Assembly: GCA_965205865.1 (NCBI GenBank)
Contig: CBDBHR010000029.1
Coordinates: 448,001-512,000 of the forward strand
Source: a bacterium
GTDB lineage: Bacteria; SAR324; NAC60-12
Reading direction: 5' to 3'
DNA: 64,000 nt
The notes under the pieces were generated by a model that searched no databases, had not been told where the DNA came from, and saw nothing but the letters and a program-made list of their open reading frames with translations. Positions 39,487-50,481 of this stretch are shown here, piece by piece (positions within the stretch are counted from its first letter, which is position 1; every line of letters begins with the position of its first letter). The position numbers and the translations under genes are program-made.

Positions 39487-42400
39487 TTACATATTTCTGC
39501 GATACTGTCCTCCGTAACGATACAATTCCTGAGAAATTTGTCCCAGGGAGCAAACCTTAACGGTTTCCATCAAAGTGGCAAAAATATTCTTATTTTCCAA
39601 ACAAACGATGCGTAACTGCTGAAAAGCTTTTTCTTTTTCAGGTTCATGGAACTGATGAAATTGGGCCAGAGATGCTAATTGCATTTGTTTCTCTTCCTCG
39701 GTGGAACGACTCAATACAAGCGGATGTTCTGTTTCGGGGGGATTGGCATTAAGAAATGTATTGATGCCAATCAGGGGCAGCTTGCCGGAATGTTTCAGAC
39801 TTTCGTAATACAGCGATTCTTCCTGGATTTTATTGCGCTGGTACATGGTTTCCATGGCCTCTAATACGCCCCCACGGTCTGCAATACGATTGAATTCCGC
39901 CAGGATTGCTTCTTCGACTAAATCTGTCAACTCCGAGATGATGAAGCTTCCTTGCAGGACGTTTTCGCTCTTTGCCAGTCCCAGTTCCTGGTTGATGATC
40001 AGTTGAATTGCCAGGGCCGTCGCACCGACTCTGCAGTGGGAGTGGTGACGGCTTCATCGTAAGCATTGGTGTGCAAGGAGTTGCAATTATCGTAAATTGC
40101 GTAAAGGGCCTGCAGGGTGGTACGAATATCGTTGAAATCGATTTCCTGAGCGTGTAGCGAGCGACCCGATGTTTGGATATGGTATTTAAGTTTTTGCGAC
40201 CGTTCGTTGGCACGGTAACGCTCCCTCAACGTGACAGCAAAAATCCGTCGTGCCACCCGACCGATCACGGCATACTCCGGGTCCATTCCATTGCTGAAGA
40301 AAAAACTGAGATTGTGAGCAAAATCATCAATGGCCATACCGCGGGACAGGTAATATTCAATGAACGTGAATCCGTTTGCCAGGGTGAAAGCCACCTGTGT
40401 GATCGGGTTGGCGCCGGCTTCCACCATGTGGTATCCCGAGATACTGACGGAGTAAAAATTCTTGATCCGATTGACCGTGAAATATTCCTGGATGTCACCC
40501 ATCATCTTCAAAGCGAATTCGGTGGAAAAGATACAAGTATTCTGCGCCTGATCTTCCTTGAGAATGTCTGCCTGCACCGTCCCCCGGATCTGTTGTAGCA
40601 CTTCTTGCTTGATGTTATGGTAAATCCCCGCTTCCACCAGTTGATCTCCGGAAACTCCCAGAGTTTCCAATCCCAGTCCGTTATGCTCCTCCGGAATTTG
40701 TGTGCGATAGAGAGGGACCGACTGACCTCGTTTTTTATACAAGGTTTCAATTTTTCGTTTTGCCGGTTGCAGAAGTCCTTCCCGCCTCAGGTAGACCTCG
40801 ACTTGCTGGTCAATTGTCGTATTGAGGTAAAAAGCCAGAATCATGGGGGCTGGTCCGTTGATTGTCATGGAAACGGAGGTGTCGTGTCGACAAAGATCAA
40901 AGCCCGAATAGAGACGTTTTGCATCGTCAACCGTGCAGATCGATACCCCGGAATTTCCAATTTTGCCATAAATATCAGGACGTTGATGCGGATTTTCTCC
41001 ATAAAGCGTGACCGAATCAAAGGCAGTACTCAAGCGAGTGGACGGTTGACCGGAAGAAAGGTAGTGGAAACGATGATTGGTCCGCTCTGCCACTCCTTCA
41101 CCTGCGAACATGCGAGTGGGATCTTCATTTTGACGTTTAAAGGGGAACCCTCCCGCGGTGTAGGGAAATGATCCGGGAAAATTTTCCAACCCCATCCAAC
41201 GCACGATCGTGCCCCAGTCCTGGTAAGGTGGTACAGCGATTTTAGGAATGGAGGTGCCGGACAAACTTTCCACCCGGTTGTCCAGGGTGACGGTTTTTTG
41301 TCGAACCTTAAAACTGTATCGAGGTTTGAGAAATTTTTCACGCTCCTCCCGGAATTTCTTGTAAAACCCATGTTCTTTCAGAGAAATAGTTGATAGTCTC
41401 TCATTGTATAGATCCGCAATAGGACGCAAATTTTCTGCAAGGGCATCCCTATCGATGGGCTCAAAAGGCTCCGGCAAAGGACATTGCAACTGTTTCAGCG
41501 TGCCGTAACTTTGGTAGCAAGCATCGGCTGCCTGAGCTGTGGTTTCGATATGCCGTTTGTACCCCTGCACGGTTTTTGTGATGTCTCTGAGGTAAGTTCC
41601 CCGGTCGGCAGGAATAAATGGTTTGCTTTGGGAGAGACTGGCGGGGGGAACCGTTTTTTGCGAACGTTTCAAAAAGTTTAGTGAAACCACTTTCCGCATC
41701 AAGTTATGGTAAAACCAGTTGACTCCCGGATCATTGAATTGACTGGCAATGGTGCTATAAATTGGCAGATCTTCACCAGGGGTATCAAAATCATTGTGAT
41801 TGCGTCGGTATTGTTTTCGAACGGCGGATAAGGCTTGATCCGCTCCCTGTTTGTCTGATTTGTTGATGACGATCAAATCGGCAAAATCCAGCATATCGAT
41901 TTTTTCCAATTGCGTGGCAGCGCCAAACTCGGGGGTCATGGCGTAAACGCTCACATCTACCAATTCCGTGATCTCAGAATCCCCTTGACCGATTCCTGCG
42001 GTTTCGACAAAGATCATGTCAAATCCACTAATGCTCAACATTTTCACCGCTTCGTGAATCACGGGAGAAATCGCCGTGTTGGAATAGCGTGTTGCCATGG
42101 AACGCATGTACACGCGGTTGGTGTCAATGGCATTCATGCGAATGCGGTCCCCCAACAGCGCCCCGCCGGTCTTTCGTTTTGAGGGATCGACAGAGAGAAC
42201 AGCGATGCGCAATGCTTGAAATTCCAATAGCACCCGTCTGAGAAGTTCATCCGTCAAACAGGATTTGCCCGCTCCTCCCGTTCCCGTGATACCAATCACT
42301 GGGACGCGGGGATTTTTTTCGATATTGCCGACAACCTCTTGCAGCATGGCGGGCTGGTCAATGTATCGTTCAAGCCAGGTCAAACTGCGGGCTAGTTCCC

Positions 42401-42989
42401 CAAACGACTGCGGTTCCAGTTCGGCAAGATAGGGAATGTTATCAGCAGCGATCGTACTGAAGTCGGCTTGGCGGATCATGTCTGCTATCATTCCATCCAA
42501 TCCCAATTCCTTGCCATCGTCCGAAGAATATAAACGGGAGACGCCATAATCCATCAGGGCTTCGGCTTCTTGTGGAATGATCACGCCTCCACCTCCACCA
42601 AAAACCTTGATATGCGCCGCGCCCTTTTCTTTGAGCAAGTCAATCATGTATTGGAAAAACTCAGTGTGTCCTCCTTGATAGGAGCTGACTGCGATTGCCT
42701 GAACATCTTCCTGGATGGCGACATTCACGATTTCTTGCACACCCCGATTGTGCCCCAGATGAATCACCTCCACTCCGCTTCTTTGCAGAAGACGACGCAT
42801 GATATTGATAGAGGCATCGTGGCCATCAAACAAACTGGTTGCCGTGAGGAATCGGATCGGATGTTTCAGTTTATTGGGGATTTTCCAGAGATTTTCCTTG
42901 TTTGTACGGGTACTCTTCGAGTTTTCTGGATGTCTTATAAAACCGGAACGTTTTTTATCTCTGGTTTGCTCGTCATAGTTGGAATACAT
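39487..42989 (-). pseudogene. icmF: Fused isobutyryl-CoA mutase/MeaB GTPase IcmF with a 1-bp frameshift near 40017
   Basis: DGHD B12 motif, [30 protein letters not shown]; restoring one G gives [15 protein letters not shown] and joins ORF 39487-39930. Confidence 0.88.
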
Positions 42990-43032
42990 TTTCAGTCACC
43001 AAATTCCAGTCTGCTCTCAAAAAATGATGGTT

Positions 43033-43347
43033 TTATTTCAAATAATCGCTCATAGATGCGCCCGTCCGAGTCGTTTGTGGGTCGACGACGCGGGCAGCCG
43101 GGCCTTTCATCATATATTTTTCCCAGAGGGTGACCAATAAATAATAACCGAACAATCCACCCGTTACCAACATTGCAGCTCCCAATAGGCTGGAATCCTG
43201 CCCGAAATCAAAAACAATCAGGACTGCAGGAAAAAATCCTCCCAGGGGGTAGGTTTGGGCGTCCTCGGTACTGGTGAGAAACACCATAATCTTTGCGCAG
43301 ACAATACCCGCGATTGCGCCTATGAGAAAGATACCAACATATACCAT
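43033..43347 (-). CDS. Small membrane protein, hypothetical
   Basis: Three hydrophobic stretches; GGAG RBS. Confidence 0.6.
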   Translation of the reverse strand: MVYVGIFLIGAIAGIVCAKIMVFLTSTEDAQTYPLGGFFPAVLIVFDFGQDSSLLGAAMLVTGGLFGYYLLVTLWEKYMMKGPAARVVDPQTTRTGASMSDYLK

Positions 43348-43584
43348 TGCTTTGATCTCCTAAAATACGTTTAAATTCATATGACTCTTTTTTCTCGAGA
43401 GATGAGAAGAAAGACGAAAAGTCGCTTCTCTTTTGACACAGCATGCGCGTTTCGACAAGTCATATATGCAGCGGATTTGACTTTTCCTCTCAAAGGAAGG
43501 CGTGTAGCATAAAAAATCGCAGAACTTTATAAGCAATGCCTTTCCTCCTTCAATCCATCAGATTGTTCCCATCCTGAGAGTGGG

Positions 43585-44505
43585 ATGCAAAGCATAAAAT
43601 CTCTAAAAAAAAACCCGCGCCCCAGTCCAATCAATTGGTATCCGGGGCACATGCTACGGGCTAAAAAGCAGTTGATTCGACGTTTAAAACAAGTCGACGT
43701 GGTCTTGGAATTGCGCGATGCTCGTATTCCAATTGCTTCCATCAACCCGGATTTTGAATCCATTCTCCAGCAAAAAAAACGGATTGTCTTGCTCAATAAA
43801 TCGGGATTGGCCGATGCGGCAATCTCCCGGCAGTGGCGGACTTATTTCACGCAAAACCAGCTTGCCTGTCATTTCGTGGATGTCAAGCAAAACCAAGGCG
43901 TGCAGCAAATCCTCCCTTTGACCGGGGCGATGATGGCAGAAAAATGGCAGCGTTTTCAAAGAAAGGGCATCCGTCCCCCCACCCTGAAACTGATGGTGGT
44001 TGGCATTCCCAACGTGGGAAAATCGAGTTTGATCAATAAATTGGTCAAACGTCATGCGGCCGCCACCGGTCCTCATCCGGGAGTGACGCAGCATGAAGAA
44101 TGGATCAAACTGGGAAAAGATACCGAATTGCTGGACACGCCAGGCATCCTCTGGCCACGCTTGGATCACCCGGAAACCGCCATGGCCATCGCCGTAACAG
44201 GCGCAGTGAAGGATCGAATTGTCGGAGAAGAGCGCTTGTGCCACTATTTGATTCGTTTTTATTTGCAACACTATCCCAAAGCTCTGTCAGAACATTATCA
44301 ACTGGAGCGCGGGGAAGCCAATCCTGAAAAAATTCTGACCGCCATTGCTCAAAAACGTGGCTGTTTGAAAACCAAAGGCGAAATCGACCAACCCCGTGTC
44401 GCCCGACTACTCCTTCGTGATTTTCGTATGGGAAAATTGGGAAGAATGTCTTTTGAAAAACCTCCAAATCCTGTCACAGATGGTAGTTTAAAGCGGACCC
44501 TTTGA
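43585..44505 (+). CDS. rbgA: Ribosome biogenesis GTPase RbgA/YlqF
   Basis: INWYPGHM, DARIP, NKS, GIPNVGKSS, PGVT, DTPG (circularly permuted GTPase). Confidence 0.93.
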   Translation: MQSIKSLKKNPRPSPINWYPGHMLRAKKQLIRRLKQVDVVLELRDARIPIASINPDFESILQQKKRIVLLNKSGLADAAISRQWRTYFTQNQLACHFVDVKQNQGVQQILPLTGAMMAEKWQRFQRKGIRPPTLKLMVVGIPNVGKSSLINKLVKRHAAATGPHPGVTQHEEWIKLGKDTELLDTPGILWPRLDHPETAMAIAVTGAVKDRIVGEERLCHYLIRFYLQHYPKALSEHYQLERGEANPEKILTAIAQKRGCLKTKGEIDQPRVARLLLRDFRMGKLGRMSFEKPPNPVTDGSLKRTL

Positions 44506-44538
44506 AAAGAGCTGGTATTTTTACAATTTTTTGCGCAT

Positions 44539-45478
44539 TTACCCGTTGAAAGGGTTGATCAGTCTGGCGAGCAATCCCCGTTTGCGTTTCACTGTTGCGC
44601 CGTAACTGCCCTGCCCGCCCCGTTGCCGGGGGTCGAGCAAGTCTCTGACGGCATCGCCGAACATGTTGAGAGAGTAGACGACAATCGTCAGGAAAAGCCC
44701 CGGCCAGAGCGCCAGCCAGGGTCCTGACTCCATGTATTGCCGCCCTTCCCGGCTGAGCATCCCACCCCAGCTGGGAATACCGGGGGGCAGTCCGAATCCG
44801 AGGAAGCTCAACGCCGCCTCGGAGAGGATGACCGCTCCGATGTTGATGCTGAAGATGATAATGACGACAGGCGCAATATTGGGCAGGACATGGCGGATCA
44901 GGATTCGGTGCGTGGGGGTGCCCACGGCCCTGGCGGCCAGAAAATAGTCATTCTCTTTAATGCCGATCACGGCGCCTCGCACGACTCGGAAGCCGCCGAT
45001 GCCTCCGGTGATCCCCAGCACCACGATGATCTGGAGGAGGCCCTGTCCTACGATAGACATGATGGTTAACAAGAGCAGCAGCCCCGGAAAGGCCATCCAG
45101 GCATCGACAAAGCGCTGTACCGCCAGGTCCACTTTACCACCGATAAATCCGGAAATGATGCCGATCAGGGCAGCGACCACCACATTAATCGTGGTCGCGG
45201 CCAGACCGACCAGTAACGAAATACGAGCCCCGTAGATCAGGCGGCTCAACAAGTCTCGCCCCAGGTGGTCGGTCCCCAGCGGATACTGGGCTGACGAGCC
45301 CTTCAACCGGTCTAACAGGTGCATTTTATAATGGTCATAAGGCCCCAGAACGTCGGCGAAGATCGCCATAAAAAATCAAGAGCAAGACGATCATCCCGCA
45401 AAGAACCCCCACGGGCTTCTCCTTGACCAGCCTGATCAAGAAATCCGCAAACCGGCCTCGTCGCTTGGGCTCACTCAT
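44539..45478 (-). pseudogene. OppC-type permease with a +1 frameshift in a homopolymer near 45372
   Basis: Paralog-like start MSEPKRRGRFADFLI at 45478 is out of frame with the body 44539-45369. Confidence 0.8.
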
Positions 45479-46433
45479 ACCGCACCCTCGGGTCCAAATA
45501 CGCATAAAGCAGATCGATCAGGAGATTGATCCCCAACACCACGGTGGCAAAAAACAGGTTGACTCCGGAGACCATCGGGTAGTCTCGGTCAGTGAGGGCA
45601 CTCAGCAAGAGACGACCTAAGCCCGGCAGGTTGAAGATGTTTTCCATGATGACGGAGCCGCCAACCAGGATCGGCAACTGCAGGCCGATCAGGGACACGA
45701 TCGGGATGAGGGCATTATTGATGGTGTGCCGGATTATGACGACCCGCTCCCGGAGCCTCTTGGACCAGGCGGTGCGGATATAGTCCTGCCGCAGCACCTC
45801 CAGCATCATGGTGCGCGTCAACCTCATGATGGCGGCAGACGAGGCTGTCCCCAGAATAAGGCTGGGAATGAAGAACATGCAGAGATTGCCCAGCGGGTCT
45901 TCGGAGAAAGGAATCACCTCCATCGAGGGCGACCAGCCCCACCAAATGGCCGGATAGACCATGACCATGATTCCCAGCCAGAAGTTCGGCATGGCCAGGC
46001 CGAGGATGGCGATGGAGCGCCCTGCGTAGTCGGCAGCCGTATCCTGTCGAATCGCCGAGTAGATACCCACCGGCAGGGTGATCACCAACCCGATGACGAT
46101 GGCCAGGAGGCCAAGCTCAAGGGTGACGGGGAGTCTGTTGATTATCTGCTCCTCTACCGCCCCTCGACCCATCAGGGATTCGCCAAGGCTGCCGTGCCGG
46201 AAAATATCTCCTATCCAGCGTGCATACTGGACGTAGCCAGGCACATCCAGTCCCAGCTGACGCTCGAGCGCTTCACGGTCAATCGTCCCCACCGTTGATA
46301 TATTTACCATCTGCCCCAGTATTGCGTCTATGACATCCCCAGAGAGGAAGCGCACCGAGAGAAAGACCAGGATGGTCAAAAGAAACAGGGTGGGGATGAT
46401 CAGCAATAACCGCCGGATGATATAGGCTCTCAT
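45471..46433 (-). CDS. ABC permease, OppB type
   Basis: MRAYIIRRLL...LDPRVRYE. Confidence 0.92.
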   Translation of the reverse strand: MRAYIIRRLLLIIPTLFLLTILVFLSVRFLSGDVIDAILGQMVNISTVGTIDREALERQLGLDVPGYVQYARWIGDIFRHGSLGESLMGRGAVEEQIINRLPVTLELGLLAIVIGLVITLPVGIYSAIRQDTAADYAGRSIAILGLAMPNFWLGIMVMVYPAIWWGWSPSMEVIPFSEDPLGNLCMFFIPSLILGTASSAAIMRLTRTMMLEVLRQDYIRTAWSKRLRERVVIIRHTINNALIPIVSLIGLQLPILVGGSVIMENIFNLPGLGRLLLSALTDRDYPMVSGVNLFFATVVLGINLLIDLLYAYLDPRVRYE

Positions 46434-46442
46434 GGAAAGCCC

Positions 46443-48251
46443 CTACTGCCCCATTTCTTTCTTCAGCGCTGAGTCAATCCACATGCGGGAGTACTGGAGC
46501 CAATATTGACCGCTTCCCAGGTTCAGTTCACCGCTATACCCGATGACCCACGGCTGCTCCAGGTAAAAATCTGGGGCCATACCACCCCATATGTTCCAGA
46601 AATTCTCAACTGAATACATGTCCATCTCCCTGGCAAGTGCCTCGAACTCCCCGCGGGAGGCAGCCTTATCGGCGGCTTCAACCTTGGCGTCATACCACGG
46701 GTCTTGTGTGTTGGCGGAGTTCCATGTGTACCCCGAGTAAAAGGCGTTGTATTGAATGGCGAGTACTGCCGTTGTAGTCAAGATCATTTCGTAATCCCTG
46801 GCAGCATGGATAGGAGTCCATTCGGCACCGGAAGCAAGTACCTCAATCTCTACATCAACGCCAATTTCACGCCAGAACCCAGAGGCTAATTCCGCATGAC
46901 CCACCGGTATGGAAGGGTGGATTATCGACCCGCTTTTGAATCGAATACCATCCGGGCCGCGAGGATATCCGGCTTCATCCAGCAACGCCTCTGCCCCTTC
47001 CGGGTCATAGGTAAAGACTTCCTTGACCTCATCGGGCCACTCTGCAAATGGAACGTATTGCCGCGGCATCCGAGTTTTCCCAAAAGGTGTCATTAGTCCG
47101 TAACCCCTAAAGAAAGTAGAGCCAGCTGTTTCAAGGTCCAGTGCCATCTGCAATGCTTTGCGCACCCTGATGTCGTCAAAGGGCTTCTTTTGAACGTTCA
47201 TACCATACGATCCAGCCGACCGGAACGGCACCCCCGTAATCACATTGATTTCGGGGTTGGTCTGCTGAAGGCTGATTACCTGGTCAATTGCACTCATCTT
47301 ATGGCTAATATCAACCTTACGGGTGCGTATCGCCGAGATCAACGTCGTCACTTCTGGCATCATCAGGGCCCTTAATTCGTCAATATAGGGTAAGCGGTTC
47401 TCCGGGTATTTTTCGTCGGTGCCCCAGTAGTCGGGATTCTTGGTCCAGGTTGCCGAGGATTCCGCGACCACGTCAGTCAGCTCAAAAGGTCCGGTACCGA
47501 CCAAGACCTTCCAATCCTTAGCATCGCCGTGCTGCTTGATGACCTCGGGAGGGTACAAATAAGCGGTTTCGTCGTCGACGAGACCCTGCAGCGCCCCAAT
47601 GTTCGGCTCCTTTAGTTTAAAGACAACCGTGTATTTGTCTCTAGCCGTTACCGATTCGACTTTGATCGGAGCAAGTTGAGACGTCAGCTGGGGGCTTGCT
47701 TCGGTGAAGCCGCTGCCCAGACCCAGCATACGGTGATAGTTAAATACCATGTCATCCGCGGTAAATTCTCGACCGGACATCGGCGCCTTGTCATGCCAGT
47801 GCACGCCCTTGCGGAGGTGGAAGATAATGGTGAGGGGGTCCGCTTGTACCCACTGTTCCACCAGTGACCCTTTTAGGAAATCTATCGGTGGCCAGGACAT
47901 ATGAAACGGATACGTGTCTCTATTGATTCCCCAGTCCGCGACAGCCGGCTTATCCAGCACGGCAAAGACCAACTGGGACGCCGACCTGCCACCGGCCAAA
48001 GTGTCCGTATTCGCTGGCCACTGCCTCTTAGTGAAGGTCAGGCTCCCGCCATATTTCGGCGCGACTACCATTTTACCAGTAGTCGGGTCTTTGACCATCT
48101 TTTTATCAGCCCCGACGGCCGGACTGACCCAAAAGGCGGCCACCATCAGGGTGAGGGTGAGCAACAAGGATTGCATTTTTGCAGCAGACCAGAAGCCTGC
48201 CGGGTTCAGCTCCACGAGGGAGGCAACAAGTTTCATTTTTTGCGGTTGCAT
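46443..48251 (-). CDS. ABC substrate-binding protein, family 5 (SBP5)
   Basis: Signal peptide related to SBP1/2 (LNPAGFWSAAKMQSLLLTLTLMV); PKYGG, GTGPF, PFDDIRVRKA. Confidence 0.92.
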   Translation of the reverse strand: MQPQKMKLVASLVELNPAGFWSAAKMQSLLLTLTLMVAAFWVSPAVGADKKMVKDPTTGKMVVAPKYGGSLTFTKRQWPANTDTLAGGRSASQLVFAVLDKPAVADWGINRDTYPFHMSWPPIDFLKGSLVEQWVQADPLTIIFHLRKGVHWHDKAPMSGREFTADDMVFNYHRMLGLGSGFTEASPQLTSQLAPIKVESVTARDKYTVVFKLKEPNIGALQGLVDDETAYLYPPEVIKQHGDAKDWKVLVGTGPFELTDVVAESSATWTKNPDYWGTDEKYPENRLPYIDELRALMMPEVTTLISAIRTRKVDISHKMSAIDQVISLQQTNPEINVITGVPFRSAGSYGMNVQKKPFDDIRVRKALQMALDLETAGSTFFRGYGLMTPFGKTRMPRQYVPFAEWPDEVKEVFTYDPEGAEALLDEAGYPRGPDGIRFKSGSIIHPSIPVGHAELASGFWREIGVDVEIEVLASGAEWTPIHAARDYEMILTTTAVLAIQYNAFYSGYTWNSANTQDPWYDAKVEAADKAASRGEFEALAREMDMYSVENFWNIWGGMAPDFYLEQPWVIGYSGELNLGSGQYWLQYSRMWIDSALKKEMGQ

Positions 48252-48272
48252 AACATTACTCCATATTACAGA

Positions 48273-48341
48273 TTGTAACTATTCAGGTCTCTGAAAAACC
48301 CGTTTAGTTAAATATCATTAAAAAAGATTCCCGGGGAAGAT
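48273..48341 (-). repeat. Inverted copy of 11991-12060
   Basis: ATCTTCCCCGGGAATCTTTTTTAA...CGGGTTTTTCAGAGACCTGAATAGTTACAA occurs at both sites. Confidence 0.85.
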
Positions 48342-48474
48342 CCGCTCCTTTATGATATGGATAAAGCGGAAGGAGTTATTGGGGAACAAATACGGAAGAT
48401 TAAGACAATTCTTTAATTTGCAAGAACGCTGCTTGCATATTGATCTTTTCCGTTAAGCAGAGTAGTCTGAGCGC

Positions 48475-49761
48475 TTGCTTCCCAATATTTCCCCGGAATC
48501 CGCATTGCCGCAGGGACGCGGTCTTTTTTCAAAGGGACTTGATAATTTGAATACAGCTTCCAATAAAATCCGCTTACCCTTTGGGGAATTTGTCGTCTTG
48601 ATGGCGATGATGTCGTCCTTGGTCGCGCTTTCGATTGACGCGATGCTGCCGGCATTGACGCAAATCGGCCAGGATCTTGGTGTTACGCAAAGCAACGACA
48701 CTCAATTGATTATTTCTATGGTATTTCTGGGGATGGCCATAGGGCAGATCCTCTATGGTCCTTTATCGGACAGTACAGGCCGTAAGTTACCGATTTATGT
48801 CGGTTTCAGTCTGTTTATTCTCGGTTGCCTGCTCTCTTCATTTGCCACTAATTTTTCATTCATGTTGATCGGGCGGCTTCTTCAAGGGATTGGGGCGGCC
48901 GGACCCCGCACCGTGTCGATTGTTTTGATCCGCGACGTATACTCCGGCAATGCCATGGCCCGGGTGATGTCCTTTGTGATGATGATTTTTATCCTCGTGC
49001 CGGTATTTGCCCCCGCAATCGGACAAGGCATTCTCCTTATTTTCCACTGGCGGGCAATTTTTGGTCTCTTTTCAGCCTTGGCGCTCACCAGTGGTCTTTG
49101 GTTTGCGATCCGGCAACCGGAGACGTTGCCTGCGGAGCAGCGCCAATCCTTTTCCATCAGGCGGATAATGAAAGCCATTGCTGAGGTTTGCCGCAATCGT
49201 GTTTCATTGGGCTATACCATTGCTGCCGGATTGATTGCCGGGGCATTTGTAGGCTATTTGAGTTCCTCACAGCAAATTTTACAGATCCAATATGAGTTGG
49301 GGACGAAATTTCCCCTTTATTTTGGCGTACTTGCCTTTGCGGTTGGAGTGGCTTTATTTTTGAATGGGCGGATGGTGATGCGCTACGGTATGCAGATTCT
49401 GTCTACAGGAGCCGTACTGGTTTTCAGTGGCAGTTCCATCATTTATTTTCTGTATGCATTGACCCACGCAGGGCACCCTCCTTTGTGGACGTTGATGGTT
49501 TTTGGCATGATTGTTTTTTTCTGTGTTGGCATGTTATTTGGGAATTTCAATGCTATGGCCATGGAACCCCTCGGTCACATTGCCGGAGTGGGAGCGGCGG
49601 TGGTGGGGTCGTTGACATTGTTCATTGCAGTCCCTTTGGGGGTATTGATCAGTCAGAACTACAACCAAACCGTTTTGCCCTTGGTGGGTGGCTTCGCATT
49701 ATTGGGCATGCTTTCCTCGATTGCAATTTATTGGGCAAAACAGGGACAGAAGAAAATCTGA
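48475..49761 (+). CDS. Bcr/CflA-family MFS efflux transporter
   Basis: SIDAMLPAL, GPLSDSTGRK, GRLLQG, P..AP.IG, PETL; about 12 TM; start uncertain. Confidence 0.9.
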   Translation: MLPNISPESALPQGRGLFSKGLDNLNTASNKIRLPFGEFVVLMAMMSSLVALSIDAMLPALTQIGQDLGVTQSNDTQLIISMVFLGMAIGQILYGPLSDSTGRKLPIYVGFSLFILGCLLSSFATNFSFMLIGRLLQGIGAAGPRTVSIVLIRDVYSGNAMARVMSFVMMIFILVPVFAPAIGQGILLIFHWRAIFGLFSALALTSGLWFAIRQPETLPAEQRQSFSIRRIMKAIAEVCRNRVSLGYTIAAGLIAGAFVGYLSSSQQILQIQYELGTKFPLYFGVLAFAVGVALFLNGRMVMRYGMQILSTGAVLVFSGSSIIYFLYALTHAGHPPLWTLMVFGMIVFFCVGMLFGNFNAMAMEPLGHIAGVGAAVVGSLTLFIAVPLGVLISQNYNQTVLPLVGGFALLGMLSSIAIYWAKQGQKKI

Positions 49762-49861
49762 CATTGCCCCTGCGGGAGTCATAACTCCGGAGTCCGGAAT
49801 ATATCGATAGAGAGGACGTCCCGGCCTTTTATGAGGGCGAGACCTCACACTACCGGCAGTC

Positions 49862-50419
49862 CTATATTTCTTCAAATAGCTCGAGTAACTTAAAGACGCT
49901 GCTGTGGTTTCTCACGGTTATTTGCCGGTAAACCGCTGATGCCGGCAACTTCATCATGGTAGCCCGCGTCAATTGTTGCTTGGATACCGACCAAAATACC
50001 ACACCAGGGCCTGCAGTTGCGAATTCAATTTCTTTCTTGAGCAGAGGCAGTTTTGCCAACACTGCTTCTGCAGTGATCTCCTCGAGCGTAAAGAGAGCAT
50101 TGTGTCTGAATGCGTCGTTCTTTCCCCAATCATCGGGCGCTGCTTGAAGAGCGGATTTATATTGATCAATTGAGAGGACTACGGCACGGGCGTCATACGA
50201 AAAGCGATGGGAAAGGTCTTTCTCAATCATCTTAGTCAGTTTTTTTACATCCCGTGTCTTGCTTCGAAAGAGGATATTGCCACTTTGAATGTAAGTGCGC
50301 ACGTTGGTGAAGCCAAGGTCCTCGAAAGTTTTGCGCAATTTTTCTTTTGGAATGAGATTGTTGCCGCCAACATTGACGCCGCGCAAAAGAGCCAGAAATT
50401 TCGACCGATCATTTCTCAT
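49862..50419 (-). CDS. DUF1697-family protein
   Basis: ALLRGVNVGG, VRTYIQSGN, TVRN. Confidence 0.9.
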   Translation of the reverse strand: MRNDRSKFLALLRGVNVGGNNLIPKEKLRKTFEDLGFTNVRTYIQSGNILFRSKTRDVKKLTKMIEKDLSHRFSYDARAVVLSIDQYKSALQAAPDDWGKNDAFRHNALFTLEEITAEAVLAKLPLLKKEIEFATAGPGVVFWSVSKQQLTRATMMKLPASAVYRQITVRNHSSVFKLLELFEEI

Positions 50420-50481
50420 GGTGCCAGATGATTACAGAAATTGTTCATCGTTGCAGGAGTCTCTCTGAAACGCAACTCAGG

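Noticed and set aside
13491-48251. Diversity-generating retroelement or integron as the cause of the SBP diversity
   Set aside because: No reverse transcriptase, no adenine-specific TR/VR pair, no IntI and no convincing attC sites were seen.
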